A stretch of 46,881 nucleotides of DNA. Source: Bacteroidota bacterium (lineage in GTDB: Bacteria; Bacteroidota; Bacteroidia; M30B66). Within the stretch, counting starts at the first letter, position 1, and each line of letters begins with the position of its first letter. The position numbers and the translations under genes are program-made. The notes under the pieces were generated by a model, which worked only from the letters and a program-made list of their open reading frames with translations, was not told the origin of the DNA and did no database searches. Location of the stretch: contig CANHCM010000001.1 in NCBI GenBank assembly GCA_947459155.1, positions 1 through 46,881 on the forward strand. The letters are read 5' to 3'. This document shows positions 7,123 to 15,580 of this stretch, piece by piece.

Positions 7123-9222
7123 GTGCAATACCTCCACCTTTCACTCACCCAGGTACCCGGGCTTCTCCCTAAAAAGATAGCCATCCTGCAAAAAGAAGCA
7201 GGCCTGGAGACTGTTTTGGATCTGCTGCAATGGTATCCATTTCGGTATATCGATCGCACGCGTGTTTACCTGAGCAGCGAACTGAGTGAAGAATTACCGC
7301 TCATTCAATTGGTAGGAAAACTACAAAACATCAAGCTAATTGGTGAGGGCAAAAAACAGCGGATGAGCGCCCAACTTCGTGATGCAGCAGGCTCCATTGA
7401 GCTGGTGTGGTTTCAAGGATATAAATTCCTTCACGAAAAACTCCAAAACGGAAAAGAATACCTTGTATTCGGGAAACCCTCGCTGTTCAACGGAAGCTGG
7501 AGTATTGCACATCCCGAAATCGAACTCTTTTTCCCCGAAAAACTGGCGCAGGCCTCACGCATGCAAGCCGTGTATAGCAGCACTGATCGGATGAAGAAAA
7601 GTCAGCTCGACAGCAAAGGGCTCAGTTTAATCATCAGACAAGTATTGCAATATGTGAAAGGACGCGTTCCTGAAAGTCTTTCCGAGGAGCTTATTCAGGA
7701 ACATCAGCTCATTCGGCTCGAAGATGCGCTCTGGGGAATCCACTTTCCAACCACCGTCGAACAACAGCAACAAGCTGAAAAAAGGCTAAAATTCGATGAG
7801 CTATTTTTTCTTCAAATCCGATTAATTCGGCAAAACCTCGTAAACAAGCAACAAATAAAGGGGTTCCCACTACAAAAAGTGGGTAATCCATTTATGGAAT
7901 TTTACGAAAAACACCTACCCTTCCCACTTACACAGGCTCAAAAAAGGGTTATTAAAGAAATTCGGAACGACGTTGCCAAACCCATTCAAATGAACCGACT
8001 GGTCCAAGGCGACGTAGGCAGTGGGAAAACCATTGTTGCCTTTATGAGCATGCTTATCGCCATTGGAAATGGTTACCAGGCTTGCCTGATGGCCCCAACC
8101 GAAATTCTTGCACAACAGCACTATTACTCACTATCAGCCTATGCCGAAACCATTGGTATTTCTATTGAATTACTTACAGGATCGGTCGGACAAAAACAAA
8201 GGCGAAAAATTCATGCAGAATTGGAGTCCGGAAGCCTCTCGATTCTCGTGGGAACCCACGCCCTGCTTGAAGATAAGGTAAAATTTGCCAACCTCGGATT
8301 TGTCGTGATTGATGAACAACACCGCTTTGGAGTGGCACAAAGAGCAAGGCTTTGGGCCAAAAACACACTGCCACCTCACGTGCTTATCATGAGCGCCACA
8401 CCCATACCTAGAACGTTGGCCATGACTTTGTACGGTGACCTCGACGTATCGGTAATTGATGAACTGCCACCAGGACGAAAACCCATTCGCACAGTACATC
8501 GCTACGAAAGCCAACGTCCGGAAGTACTTAACTTTATTAAATCAGAAATTGCCCTCGGGCGGCAGATTTATATCGTTTATCCGCTCATTGAAGAAAGCGA
8601 ACAGCTCGATTACCGTAATCTTTTCGAAGGCTATGAACATTTACTAAGCTGGTTTCCGGCTCCACAATATCATATTAGCATCGTGCATGGTCGCTTAAAA
8701 CCCGATGATAAGGAATTCGAAATGCAACGATTTGTGAAACGCGAAACACAAATCATGGTCGCTACAACCGTGATTGAAGTAGGTGTTAACGTGCCAAATG
8801 CTTCAGTTATGATTGTTGAAAGCGCCGAGCGTTTCGGGCTCTCACAATTACATCAGCTGCGCGGACGTGTTGGAAGAGGCGCTGAACAGTCATACTGTAT
8901 TTTAATGACGGGGCTAAAACTCAGTGCAGACGCCAGAATACGATTGAAGACGATGTGCGATACCAACGACGGATTTCGAATCGCCGAAGTGGATTTGAGA
9001 TTACGGGGTCCCGGCGATTTACAAGGCACTCAGCAAAGTGGAAGCCTCGATTTAAAACTGGCCGACCTCAGTCGCGACGCCGGACTTGTAGGCTGGTGCC
9101 GAGAAGTAGCATATAAAGTCCTCGAAAATGACCCCGATTTAGAAAAACCGGAAAATAAAAATATTGCGCAACGCTTAATGCATTTAGAGCAAAAACATAA
9201 GAATTGGGGCCGCATTTCCTGA
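7123..9222 (+). CDS. recG: ATP-dependent DNA helicase RecG
   Basis: 699 aa with a GTG start. Wedge/OB N-terminus, Walker A GDVGSGKT, DEQHRFG box, QLHQLRGRVGRG motif VI. Confidence 0.9.
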   Translation: MQYLHLSLTQVPGLLPKKIAILQKEAGLETVLDLLQWYPFRYIDRTRVYLSSELSEELPLIQLVGKLQNIKLIGEGKKQRMSAQLRDAAGSIELVWFQGYKFLHEKLQNGKEYLVFGKPSLFNGSWSIAHPEIELFFPEKLAQASRMQAVYSSTDRMKKSQLDSKGLSLIIRQVLQYVKGRVPESLSEELIQEHQLIRLEDALWGIHFPTTVEQQQQAEKRLKFDELFFLQIRLIRQNLVNKQQIKGFPLQKVGNPFMEFYEKHLPFPLTQAQKRVIKEIRNDVAKPIQMNRLVQGDVGSGKTIVAFMSMLIAIGNGYQACLMAPTEILAQQHYYSLSAYAETIGISIELLTGSVGQKQRRKIHAELESGSLSILVGTHALLEDKVKFANLGFVVIDEQHRFGVAQRARLWAKNTLPPHVLIMSATPIPRTLAMTLYGDLDVSVIDELPPGRKPIRTVHRYESQRPEVLNFIKSEIALGRQIYIVYPLIEESEQLDYRNLFEGYEHLLSWFPAPQYHISIVHGRLKPDDKEFEMQRFVKRETQIMVATTVIEVGVNVPNASVMIVESAERFGLSQLHQLRGRVGRGAEQSYCILMTGLKLSADARIRLKTMCDTNDGFRIAEVDLRLRGPGDLQGTQQSGSLDLKLADLSRDAGLVGWCREVAYKVLENDPDLEKPENKNIAQRLMHLEQKHKNWGRIS

Positions 9223-9304
9223 AGGCTTCCAAAATAAAAGGGGAAAGGTTTCGCGAGTGAAAAGTTTAAAGTTCGAAAGTTGAAAGGGACGACGCTTCGC
9301 GAGT

Positions 9305-9356
9305 AGAAAGGGGAAAGGAAAAAGCAAAAGGAGAAAGGAGAAAGGGGAAAGGAGAA
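9305..9356 (+). repeat. polypurine tract with GGGGAAAGG / GGAGAAAGG repeats
   Basis: 52 nt of A/G interrupted by a single C (9325). GGGGAAAGG occurs at 9240, 9310 and 9344. TTCGCGAGT(G/A)(A/G)AAAG occurs at 9250 and 9296. Confidence 0.7.
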
Positions 9357-9452
9357 CCGTTTTATAGTACTTCTGTAGATCTAGCATATTCGTATTTTTC
9401 TGCTTGAGACAGTTAACAAATCAACAAATCAAACGGAAAAACACTGAACGTG

Positions 9453-11882
9453 TTAGAGTTTGACTTGAAGTGTTACAAAAAAAGCCCGTCCGTCGGCTGG
9501 AATAATTCCGGGTCCCGGGTAAGACTCTGCACGGCGGGTGAAATACTGCTCGTTCAACAAATTGTTACAATTGAATTGTAAGCTCCACCGCCTGAACGAG
9601 TAACCCAGGCCTGCATCCACAACCTGATACGATGGAATCAATCCTTCAACCGCTGTTGCCGTAAGTACAGCATTGGTAGCATCTGAAAAATGTTCTCCTG
9701 TAAAGGCGTACAAAGCATGAAAATTCCACCTGCGAAAGCGAAGGTCTAATCCGGTTCTGAAAATGAACCGAGGAACCATCTCCACAAAACGATTTAATAT
9801 GGAATTGTCATCAGTATTGATGTAACGGGCATCCACAAAGGCAGTATTCAAAAAGGCATTCAGCATGGGCTTTCTTCGTGCCGAATCAGTTCGTAAAATT
9901 TGATACTCCACAAAAGATTCCAAACCGATATTTCGGGCATCAGAAATATTTCCGCGATAACGAATATTGTTAAACAATGGCGGTTGCCCCGTTTTCAGGA
10001 TTTGTCCGATCTTTCCTTTATACGCAATGTAAAATGCAGTAATCTCATAATTCAAGCGCCCTTTCACATTGCCTCTTAATCCTAAATCACCCGTAAAGCC
10101 TTCCTCATCCTGAATATTTGGATCTACAACAAAATTAGGATTCACAATGCGTAAATCGGAGAAATTAATCGCCCGATAATTCTGCGAAATATTTCCATAC
10201 AATTCCTGCCCCTTGCCAAACTTATAACTGAGTCCGACGCCCGCTAAAATAAATCGTCTGATTCTACGGGTGTTTTCGTCGGTTCTACTTTGTGTAATGA
10301 CATTTCCGGCCGCATCAAATACGTATGATTTAAAATAACCCGTGGCTGCAGTTTCGATGTATTCGGCACGCAAACCGGGTGTAATCGAAAAACGAGAACC
10401 TATACGAATGATATGTTCGGCAAACAACGCGACATTGGTATTCGGAAAACGGTAATCGGAATTTTCAGGCTCTTCGTTGTTGATATAGCGAAAATCGGCG
10501 TCGCTGCCGGAAGAACCAAAACCTTGACGTGCAATGGTATTTCCACGATAAGCCCTCAGCCCAATTGCCAATACCTGCATTTGTTTCCCGGCCGAATAGC
10601 GATGCAGCATACGCGCCTCAGTTCCGATATTTTCAAACACTCCTTCGATGAGTGTTCGATTGCCACCCAAATCGGCCACATTAATTCGTTCGAGATTTCC
10701 CACTGAACTACGACTGGCCATCAACCCAAAACTGCGAATATTCAACTCTGTAGAAGCGTTGATTTTATGACTGAGCTGCAGCGAAACCAAATTCCAGTCG
10801 ACCTGAAACCAATTGCGGCTTCTAAAGCTCTGACGAGGGTCTTGCTCAAAAGTCTTATCGGTTAATCCACCGGCCTGTTGAGCCAAATATTGCATTTTAG
10901 TCACATCAGCCTGAAGCTTCCAGCGCTCACTAATGTCGTAATGCACCGAAACAAAGGCATTTACTTGCTCAAACCCTGAATTGACACGGTATCCATCGCC
11001 CCGTTTATACTGAAAAAACCCATAATAATTCAATTTCCCCTTCAATGTGGTTCCGCCCACACTGTTAAAGCTATTGAAGAAGCCCCACGATCCAACGGTT
11101 TGTCGGCTCACCAGCTCAAAAGGAGTGTGCAACGCTCCCCGTTTAAAACGAAAATTGAGCATACCTCCGAATTGGGTTCCGTACTGAAGCGAAGCTGCCC
11201 CACGAACGATCTCAATGCTTTCTAAGGCTTCTGTTGGAGGCGTGTAATACGATTCTGGGTAACCCAGGGCATCGGCCGAAATATCATATCCATTTTGCCT
11301 AACATTAAAACTGGCTGTTCTGTTTGGATTCAGGCCTCGTCCACCAATGCCCAGCTGAAGTCCTGCTCCATCGCTTTCCCAGATATTCAACCCTGTTACC
11401 CGAGAATAAACCTGCCTTGGGTTGTTTGTCGCCAAATTGGCTTTTTGTTCTGAGAGCAAAACAACTTCCGATTTTTTCCCTTCATAGATGGCAAAATCGT
11501 GGACCGAACGCAGGCGTGTCAAGCCAAATTGCTCTTCGCTCTGCTGCATGATTTCAACCGCATTGAGATCAGCCTTGAGGGCCTCCATCTTAAACTGAAC
11601 CTCCTCCTTGAGGGAATCAACCTCCACCCAAATCTCAGCCATTCGTTTACCCGAGGCCAAACAAACGATTTTGTAATTGCCCTTTGGCACATTTCGAATT
11701 TGGTAAAATCCTTCTGTGTCTGTTCGTCCAACCTGATTCGACTGCACAACAAGCACAGTAGCTCCCGAAATACCAAGGCCCTGATCGTCGATGACCAAGC
11801 CGGTTACCGTCGACTTCTGGGCGAAGAGCGCCAAAGGCAACAGACAAAAAATAAGATGGACAATTCTCAGACAGGGCATCAT
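9453..11882 (-). CDS. TonB-dependent receptor with N-terminal CarboxypepD_reg-like domain
   Basis: About 809 aa from the ATG at 11882, which makes an ATGA overlap with the HTTM stop (a longer ATG exists at 11903). CarboxypepD_reg-like TVTGLVIDDQGLGISGATVLVV..TDTEGFYQIRNVPKGNYKI. Plug motifs IEIVRGAASLQYG. Long beta-barrel. Confidence 0.85.
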   Translation of the reverse strand: MMPCLRIVHLIFCLLPLALFAQKSTVTGLVIDDQGLGISGATVLVVQSNQVGRTDTEGFYQIRNVPKGNYKIVCLASGKRMAEIWVEVDSLKEEVQFKMEALKADLNAVEIMQQSEEQFGLTRLRSVHDFAIYEGKKSEVVLLSEQKANLATNNPRQVYSRVTGLNIWESDGAGLQLGIGGRGLNPNRTASFNVRQNGYDISADALGYPESYYTPPTEALESIEIVRGAASLQYGTQFGGMLNFRFKRGALHTPFELVSRQTVGSWGFFNSFNSVGGTTLKGKLNYYGFFQYKRGDGYRVNSGFEQVNAFVSVHYDISERWKLQADVTKMQYLAQQAGGLTDKTFEQDPRQSFRSRNWFQVDWNLVSLQLSHKINASTELNIRSFGLMASRSSVGNLERINVADLGGNRTLIEGVFENIGTEARMLHRYSAGKQMQVLAIGLRAYRGNTIARQGFGSSGSDADFRYINNEEPENSDYRFPNTNVALFAEHIIRIGSRFSITPGLRAEYIETAATGYFKSYVFDAAGNVITQSRTDENTRRIRRFILAGVGLSYKFGKGQELYGNISQNYRAINFSDLRIVNPNFVVDPNIQDEEGFTGDLGLRGNVKGRLNYEITAFYIAYKGKIGQILKTGQPPLFNNIRYRGNISDARNIGLESFVEYQILRTDSARRKPMLNAFLNTAFVDARYINTDDNSILNRFVEMVPRFIFRTGLDLRFRRWNFHALYAFTGEHFSDATNAVLTATAVEGLIPSYQVVDAGLGYSFRRWSLQFNCNNLLNEQYFTRRAESYPGPGIIPADGRAFFVTLQVKL

Positions 11883-13201
11883 GGCGAGTAGGGTAAAATC
11901 CATGATTTAGGCGCCCAGGTGTCTTTCACCTGCATCAAATCAACATGCGGATCGATTAGCAATTGAGCCTTTCGCGCATTCATCGTTACATACACCTCTG
12001 CCCTCACCTGTGGCTTCTGTACACCCTTGGTACTGTAGTGCTTGCCTAAGAAGTGAGCGAATTGTAAGATCATGTCGGGCTGAAAAGACATTTGCTTTTC
12101 CTGATGGATATTTAAAAACTCGCGATTATACACAATTCCTTCACGCCCCGTTACGCCATCTTTCACATAAAATGTGGCATCTCCCGCTTTTTCGACCAAC
12201 ATCACCCGCCACGAAAACCGATAACCTTCTTCTGTCCAAAATAAATTTCCCGGATACAATAAATAGCGCCAGGGAAAAAGCAGCTGAAATACAATAAAAA
12301 CAAACAAAAAAGCCCTCAATAAAGGTCCAATATGAAAATTATTTACTGTATTGTTATTTGGGTAATCCAGTTTAAACAAAGCGTTAAAAACCTTGATTTT
12401 TCTGAGAATATTCAAATTACGTTCATGCCAATGAATAGAGAAAAAAATGAGTGTAGAACCAATCATTACCCATGGAAATACACCAATTTGAAATAACAAT
12501 CCGGTAAGTACATGAAAAACAATTACCGTAAAATAAGCCAAAGGCCGCGTTCGGTTGTAGAATAGAAAAAATGCGATAAAGCAATCATAAATCATCCCGA
12601 ACCAGCAGAATAAATAGGCGGTTTCGGGATAAACCAAGAGGGGACCAATAATCGGTAAATCGTCGTGAGCCGGCAACCAAATACGCAAGGGCAATGCCTC
12701 CAGCAGCCAGTCGCTATTCATTTTTGCCCAACCAGCATAACAATAAACAACGGTAAGCTGAAACAGAATGATAAAGCGGCACCATTGCGGCATTCTAAAC
12801 TGAGCATCAGGCTCAGGCATAAAAATGAGCCATAAACAAATGAGGCTCACGAAATAGTAGTGATTTAAATAATAGGTTAAATCAATTAACTCGGTATAAG
12901 AAAAAGTGAGAAATAAAAAGATGGCAGAAACCCGGTATAATCGGCCAGTTGCCACGCCCAAAGCACTAAAAAACATAAGGGCATGAACGAGATACATGCC
13001 CCAAACTCCCAGTGGTTTTACCCAGGAAAAACCATAATAGGAAAAATGAAAAATGGGCTCGATATAATGCTCCTCAATCCAGCCCAAATACACGAAGCGC
13101 AACGCCGAAAAAGCCATGAGCAACCCAAAAACAATCCTGAAACTCACAAACGGAGCCGCAGAAATGGGTTGCTCAAGCTTTTTCCAAAAAGAAACAGGCA
13201 C
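11879..13201 (-). CDS. HTTM domain (vitamin K-dependent gamma-carboxylase-like) membrane protein
   Basis: 440 aa with a GTG start. N-terminal PFVSFRIVFGLLMAFSALRFVYLGWIEEHYIEPIFHFSYYGFSWV and multiple TM helices are typical of HTTM. Soluble C-terminal domain. Confidence 0.7.
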   Translation of the reverse strand: MPVSFWKKLEQPISAAPFVSFRIVFGLLMAFSALRFVYLGWIEEHYIEPIFHFSYYGFSWVKPLGVWGMYLVHALMFFSALGVATGRLYRVSAIFLFLTFSYTELIDLTYYLNHYYFVSLICLWLIFMPEPDAQFRMPQWCRFIILFQLTVVYCYAGWAKMNSDWLLEALPLRIWLPAHDDLPIIGPLLVYPETAYLFCWFGMIYDCFIAFFLFYNRTRPLAYFTVIVFHVLTGLLFQIGVFPWVMIGSTLIFFSIHWHERNLNILRKIKVFNALFKLDYPNNNTVNNFHIGPLLRAFLFVFIVFQLLFPWRYLLYPGNLFWTEEGYRFSWRVMLVEKAGDATFYVKDGVTGREGIVYNREFLNIHQEKQMSFQPDMILQFAHFLGKHYSTKGVQKPQVRAEVYVTMNARKAQLLIDPHVDLMQVKDTWAPKSWILPYSP

Positions 13202-13219
13202 TACGTTATGGTCATCAAA

Positions 13220-14314
13220 TTAATCCCCATCGCCACTGGTAAATGTGATTGCAATACCGAGCAATGACGACATATCACTTTTAAAATTCTTGGTGTTTTT
13301 CTGCAGTTCGGTGTGTAAATCGATCAAGGCCTGTGGATTGTTCACGATACGATCGGCCATATCGAGGTTTTCATCTAAGGCATTGAACTGCCCCGCTAAA
13401 ACCGATAGCTGAGTTTCAGTTTCTGTAACCAGCGCTTCACCGCCGGTTACCGTTTTCAGATAACCTTTAAAACTCTTGCTTTCATCAACACCACGGTACA
13501 GATTTACAATGTGGTTGTAATGGGCTTTAGCCAAACGGAACGAAATCTTGCTGTAACGGGCCTCGAGCAGCTCAGGAGCCACAGCCGTTTGCCCTGGACG
13601 TAAACCGAGTGGCAATCCAAACTTAAAGTTCTTAATCGCCTCGTAGCTCTTCACAAACTCGTTGTACAACAAAGCCACCGAACTTCCGGCATCTGTTCCC
13701 GAATTGCTGATGAACTCTGAACCATACGACGACCAGGCATTCTGAACGGTGGAAATCCGGTTGCGAACATCGTTGCACAAGGCCACCAGAAAGTCACGAC
13801 GCATTTGTGCATTAAAGCGTTCAACAAGCGTTTGTGCATCGGAGAGCGGATCGAAGATCAAGTATTCGATGGCATAAAAGCCCCGGGCGTCGCGGTTAAA
13901 ATCGCTGGTATTCCAGGTTCCAGTGCTCAGGATGGAGTTCAGCTTGGTTTCACTAACCGGAAAGGTCGCCAACTCTTCTTGCAGAGATTTTAAGATTCCC
14001 GATTCGCCGGCCGGACCGAAGTTATACATGCAGGCTTGCTGCCAGGCAACTGCGGCGTCAATCCATGCCGACTGCAATGAGCCCAGCAGCTCAGTGGAAG
14101 GAGCGGCTGTGAAGGCTTGAGCGGCATCACGCAGGCTTGTCGACTTCGATAAAGCCTCCTGATAGGCTGGAACAATAAACTGATCTCGGTAGGCCGTCAG
14201 CATCGCCACCCGATCAAAGCCCGGTTTTGTTTCTTCAGGGTCATCCTTTTTACAGGCCACCACACCAATCAACACCGCAACCAGACAGAAAAGAAGAATT
14301 CCGGATTTTTTCAT
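13220..14314 (-). CDS. imelysin-like (peptidase M75 family-like) lipoprotein
   Basis: ATG at 14314 gives MKKSGILLFCLVAVLIGVVAC (lipobox). All-helical and Ala/Leu-rich. GFYAIEYLIF sits where the imelysin GxHxxE motif is expected. Gene context is HTTM plus a TBDR. Confidence 0.6.
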   Translation of the reverse strand: MKKSGILLFCLVAVLIGVVACKKDDPEETKPGFDRVAMLTAYRDQFIVPAYQEALSKSTSLRDAAQAFTAAPSTELLGSLQSAWIDAAVAWQQACMYNFGPAGESGILKSLQEELATFPVSETKLNSILSTGTWNTSDFNRDARGFYAIEYLIFDPLSDAQTLVERFNAQMRRDFLVALCNDVRNRISTVQNAWSSYGSEFISNSGTDAGSSVALLYNEFVKSYEAIKNFKFGLPLGLRPGQTAVAPELLEARYSKISFRLAKAHYNHIVNLYRGVDESKSFKGYLKTVTGGEALVTETETQLSVLAGQFNALDENLDMADRIVNNPQALIDLHTELQKNTKNFKSDMSSLLGIAITFTSGDGD

Positions 14315-14323
14315 AATGAGCAA

Positions 14324-15448
14324 CTATCGACCTTGTTCAACAACCCAGTTTTTCTTGAAATCTTCAATCTCCTGGTTCGTAAATCCATAAATATCCTGCA
14401 AACGATCGATGGCTGCGCTCAATTTCGGCACCTGATTTACCGGATCGGTAATAAAGGTGTATGTGCTTGGCGTACCATTGGCCGGCGCATTCATCAAGTT
14501 GAGGATTTCATCAATCTGTGCGTCGGTGATAATCTTGTTCGACTGCGCAATGGTTTTCCAGCCCCAAATAAAGCCAACGCCCTCAGAGTATGCATGTAAA
14601 CCAGAAGCATAATCGGCATTTGTAGGATTACTCAACACAAACTTCGCGATGGCCGAGTGCAGATAGTTCACCACCGTAGCGGCGCTGGCAAGCTCCCAAT
14701 ATTTCTTCACATCCTTCAAGGCTGCGTCGCGCTCTGCAGTATAATTTTCTCCAGCCGCAATGTACTGGCGCAGGGCGATGGCCGAACGCTTAAACTTCGA
14801 ATAAATACCATTGCCATCATTCTTATCGCGGCGTGCCGCATAATTAGCCATCATCAAATCAGGCTGAGCAACATTGGCACTACCCGAATTGGGAAAACTT
14901 GGATTGGCTCCGAACAAGGCCACCAGCTTATCCACATCGGAAGGCTGAATCGAGGTGGTCATAAACGTTGTGGCGTAATTGTACAACACCGAGGCGTACA
15001 TGCCTTTGTCGATGATCTCATCGGGCTCAATGCCATACTCGTCGAACACACGGTTCTCGAGGAAGCCACCCTGACCTTGCGGAGGCCCCGGTTCGTAAGT
15101 TCCTCCCGCGCTGGCATCCTCAATAATTTGGAAATACCCTGTTGGACTGGTCAATACCGTATTAAAATAGGTGGTGATGACCCCTTGTACCGAAGGTGAG
15201 GCCGCCGTATACAAGTCTAAAAGCTCCTGACGGGTAACAGAAACCCCGGCTGTGCGCACCGACTTTGCCTTGGTGGCCACTGCAGCCATCCGCGTGCGCA
15301 AAGCAATCTCGGTGGCAGCATTGCTTGCAAAACTCTCCGAAATGTAATCCGCAGGCATCGGAACTTCGGGCTTTATTACTTCATCTTCTTTATTACACGC
15401 TCCAAACACGAAGGCAAGGAGAATGGCCGACAAATAGATTTTTTTCAT
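14324..15448 (-). CDS. DUF4856-like lipoprotein (usual partner in imelysin clusters)
   Basis: 374 aa with lipobox LLAFVFGAC. Stop lies 9 nt before the imelysin-like start. The family name is recalled from gene-context memory and not verified. Confidence 0.5.
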   Translation of the reverse strand: MKKIYLSAILLAFVFGACNKEDEVIKPEVPMPADYISESFASNAATEIALRTRMAAVATKAKSVRTAGVSVTRQELLDLYTAASPSVQGVITTYFNTVLTSPTGYFQIIEDASAGGTYEPGPPQGQGGFLENRVFDEYGIEPDEIIDKGMYASVLYNYATTFMTTSIQPSDVDKLVALFGANPSFPNSGSANVAQPDLMMANYAARRDKNDGNGIYSKFKRSAIALRQYIAAGENYTAERDAALKDVKKYWELASAATVVNYLHSAIAKFVLSNPTNADYASGLHAYSEGVGFIWGWKTIAQSNKIITDAQIDEILNLMNAPANGTPSTYTFITDPVNQVPKLSAAIDRLQDIYGFTNQEIEDFKKNWVVEQGR

Positions 15449-15472
15449 GGGTTCTTAGGATTTGAACGGCGA

Positions 15473-15480
15473 CAAAACTA
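15473..15480 (-). promoter_or_regulatory. -7 promoter box (TAGTTTTG on the minus strand) for the DUF4856-imelysin-HTTM-TBDR operon
   Basis: CAAAACTA on the plus strand, 24 nt upstream of the ATG at 15448. A TTTG (-33-like) lies at 15501-15504, 20 nt further upstream. Confidence 0.45.
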
Positions 15481-15516
15481 CAGTCTTAATTTTATTTGGA
15501 CAAATTCTAAATAACC

Positions 15517-15538
15517 GAAATGACAAAGAAATGACAAA
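15517..15538 (-). repeat. tandem 11-bp direct repeat upstream of the operon promoter (candidate regulator binding site)
   Basis: GAAATGACAAA occurs twice in perfect tandem (15517-15527, 15528-15538), i.e. TTTGTCATTTC x2 on the coding strand. It lies 37-58 bp upstream of the -7 box. Confidence 0.55.
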
Positions 15539-15580
15539 GAGCTAATCCGCACTTTATGAAGCATTTAAAGGATCACTTCA

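Noticed and set aside
9223-9360. Repeated GGGGAAAGG / TTCGCGAGT units considered as a degenerate CRISPR-like array
   Set aside because: The repeats are 9-15 nt with irregular spacing and no unique spacers of constant length, and no cas genes are present. It is a low-complexity polypurine tract.
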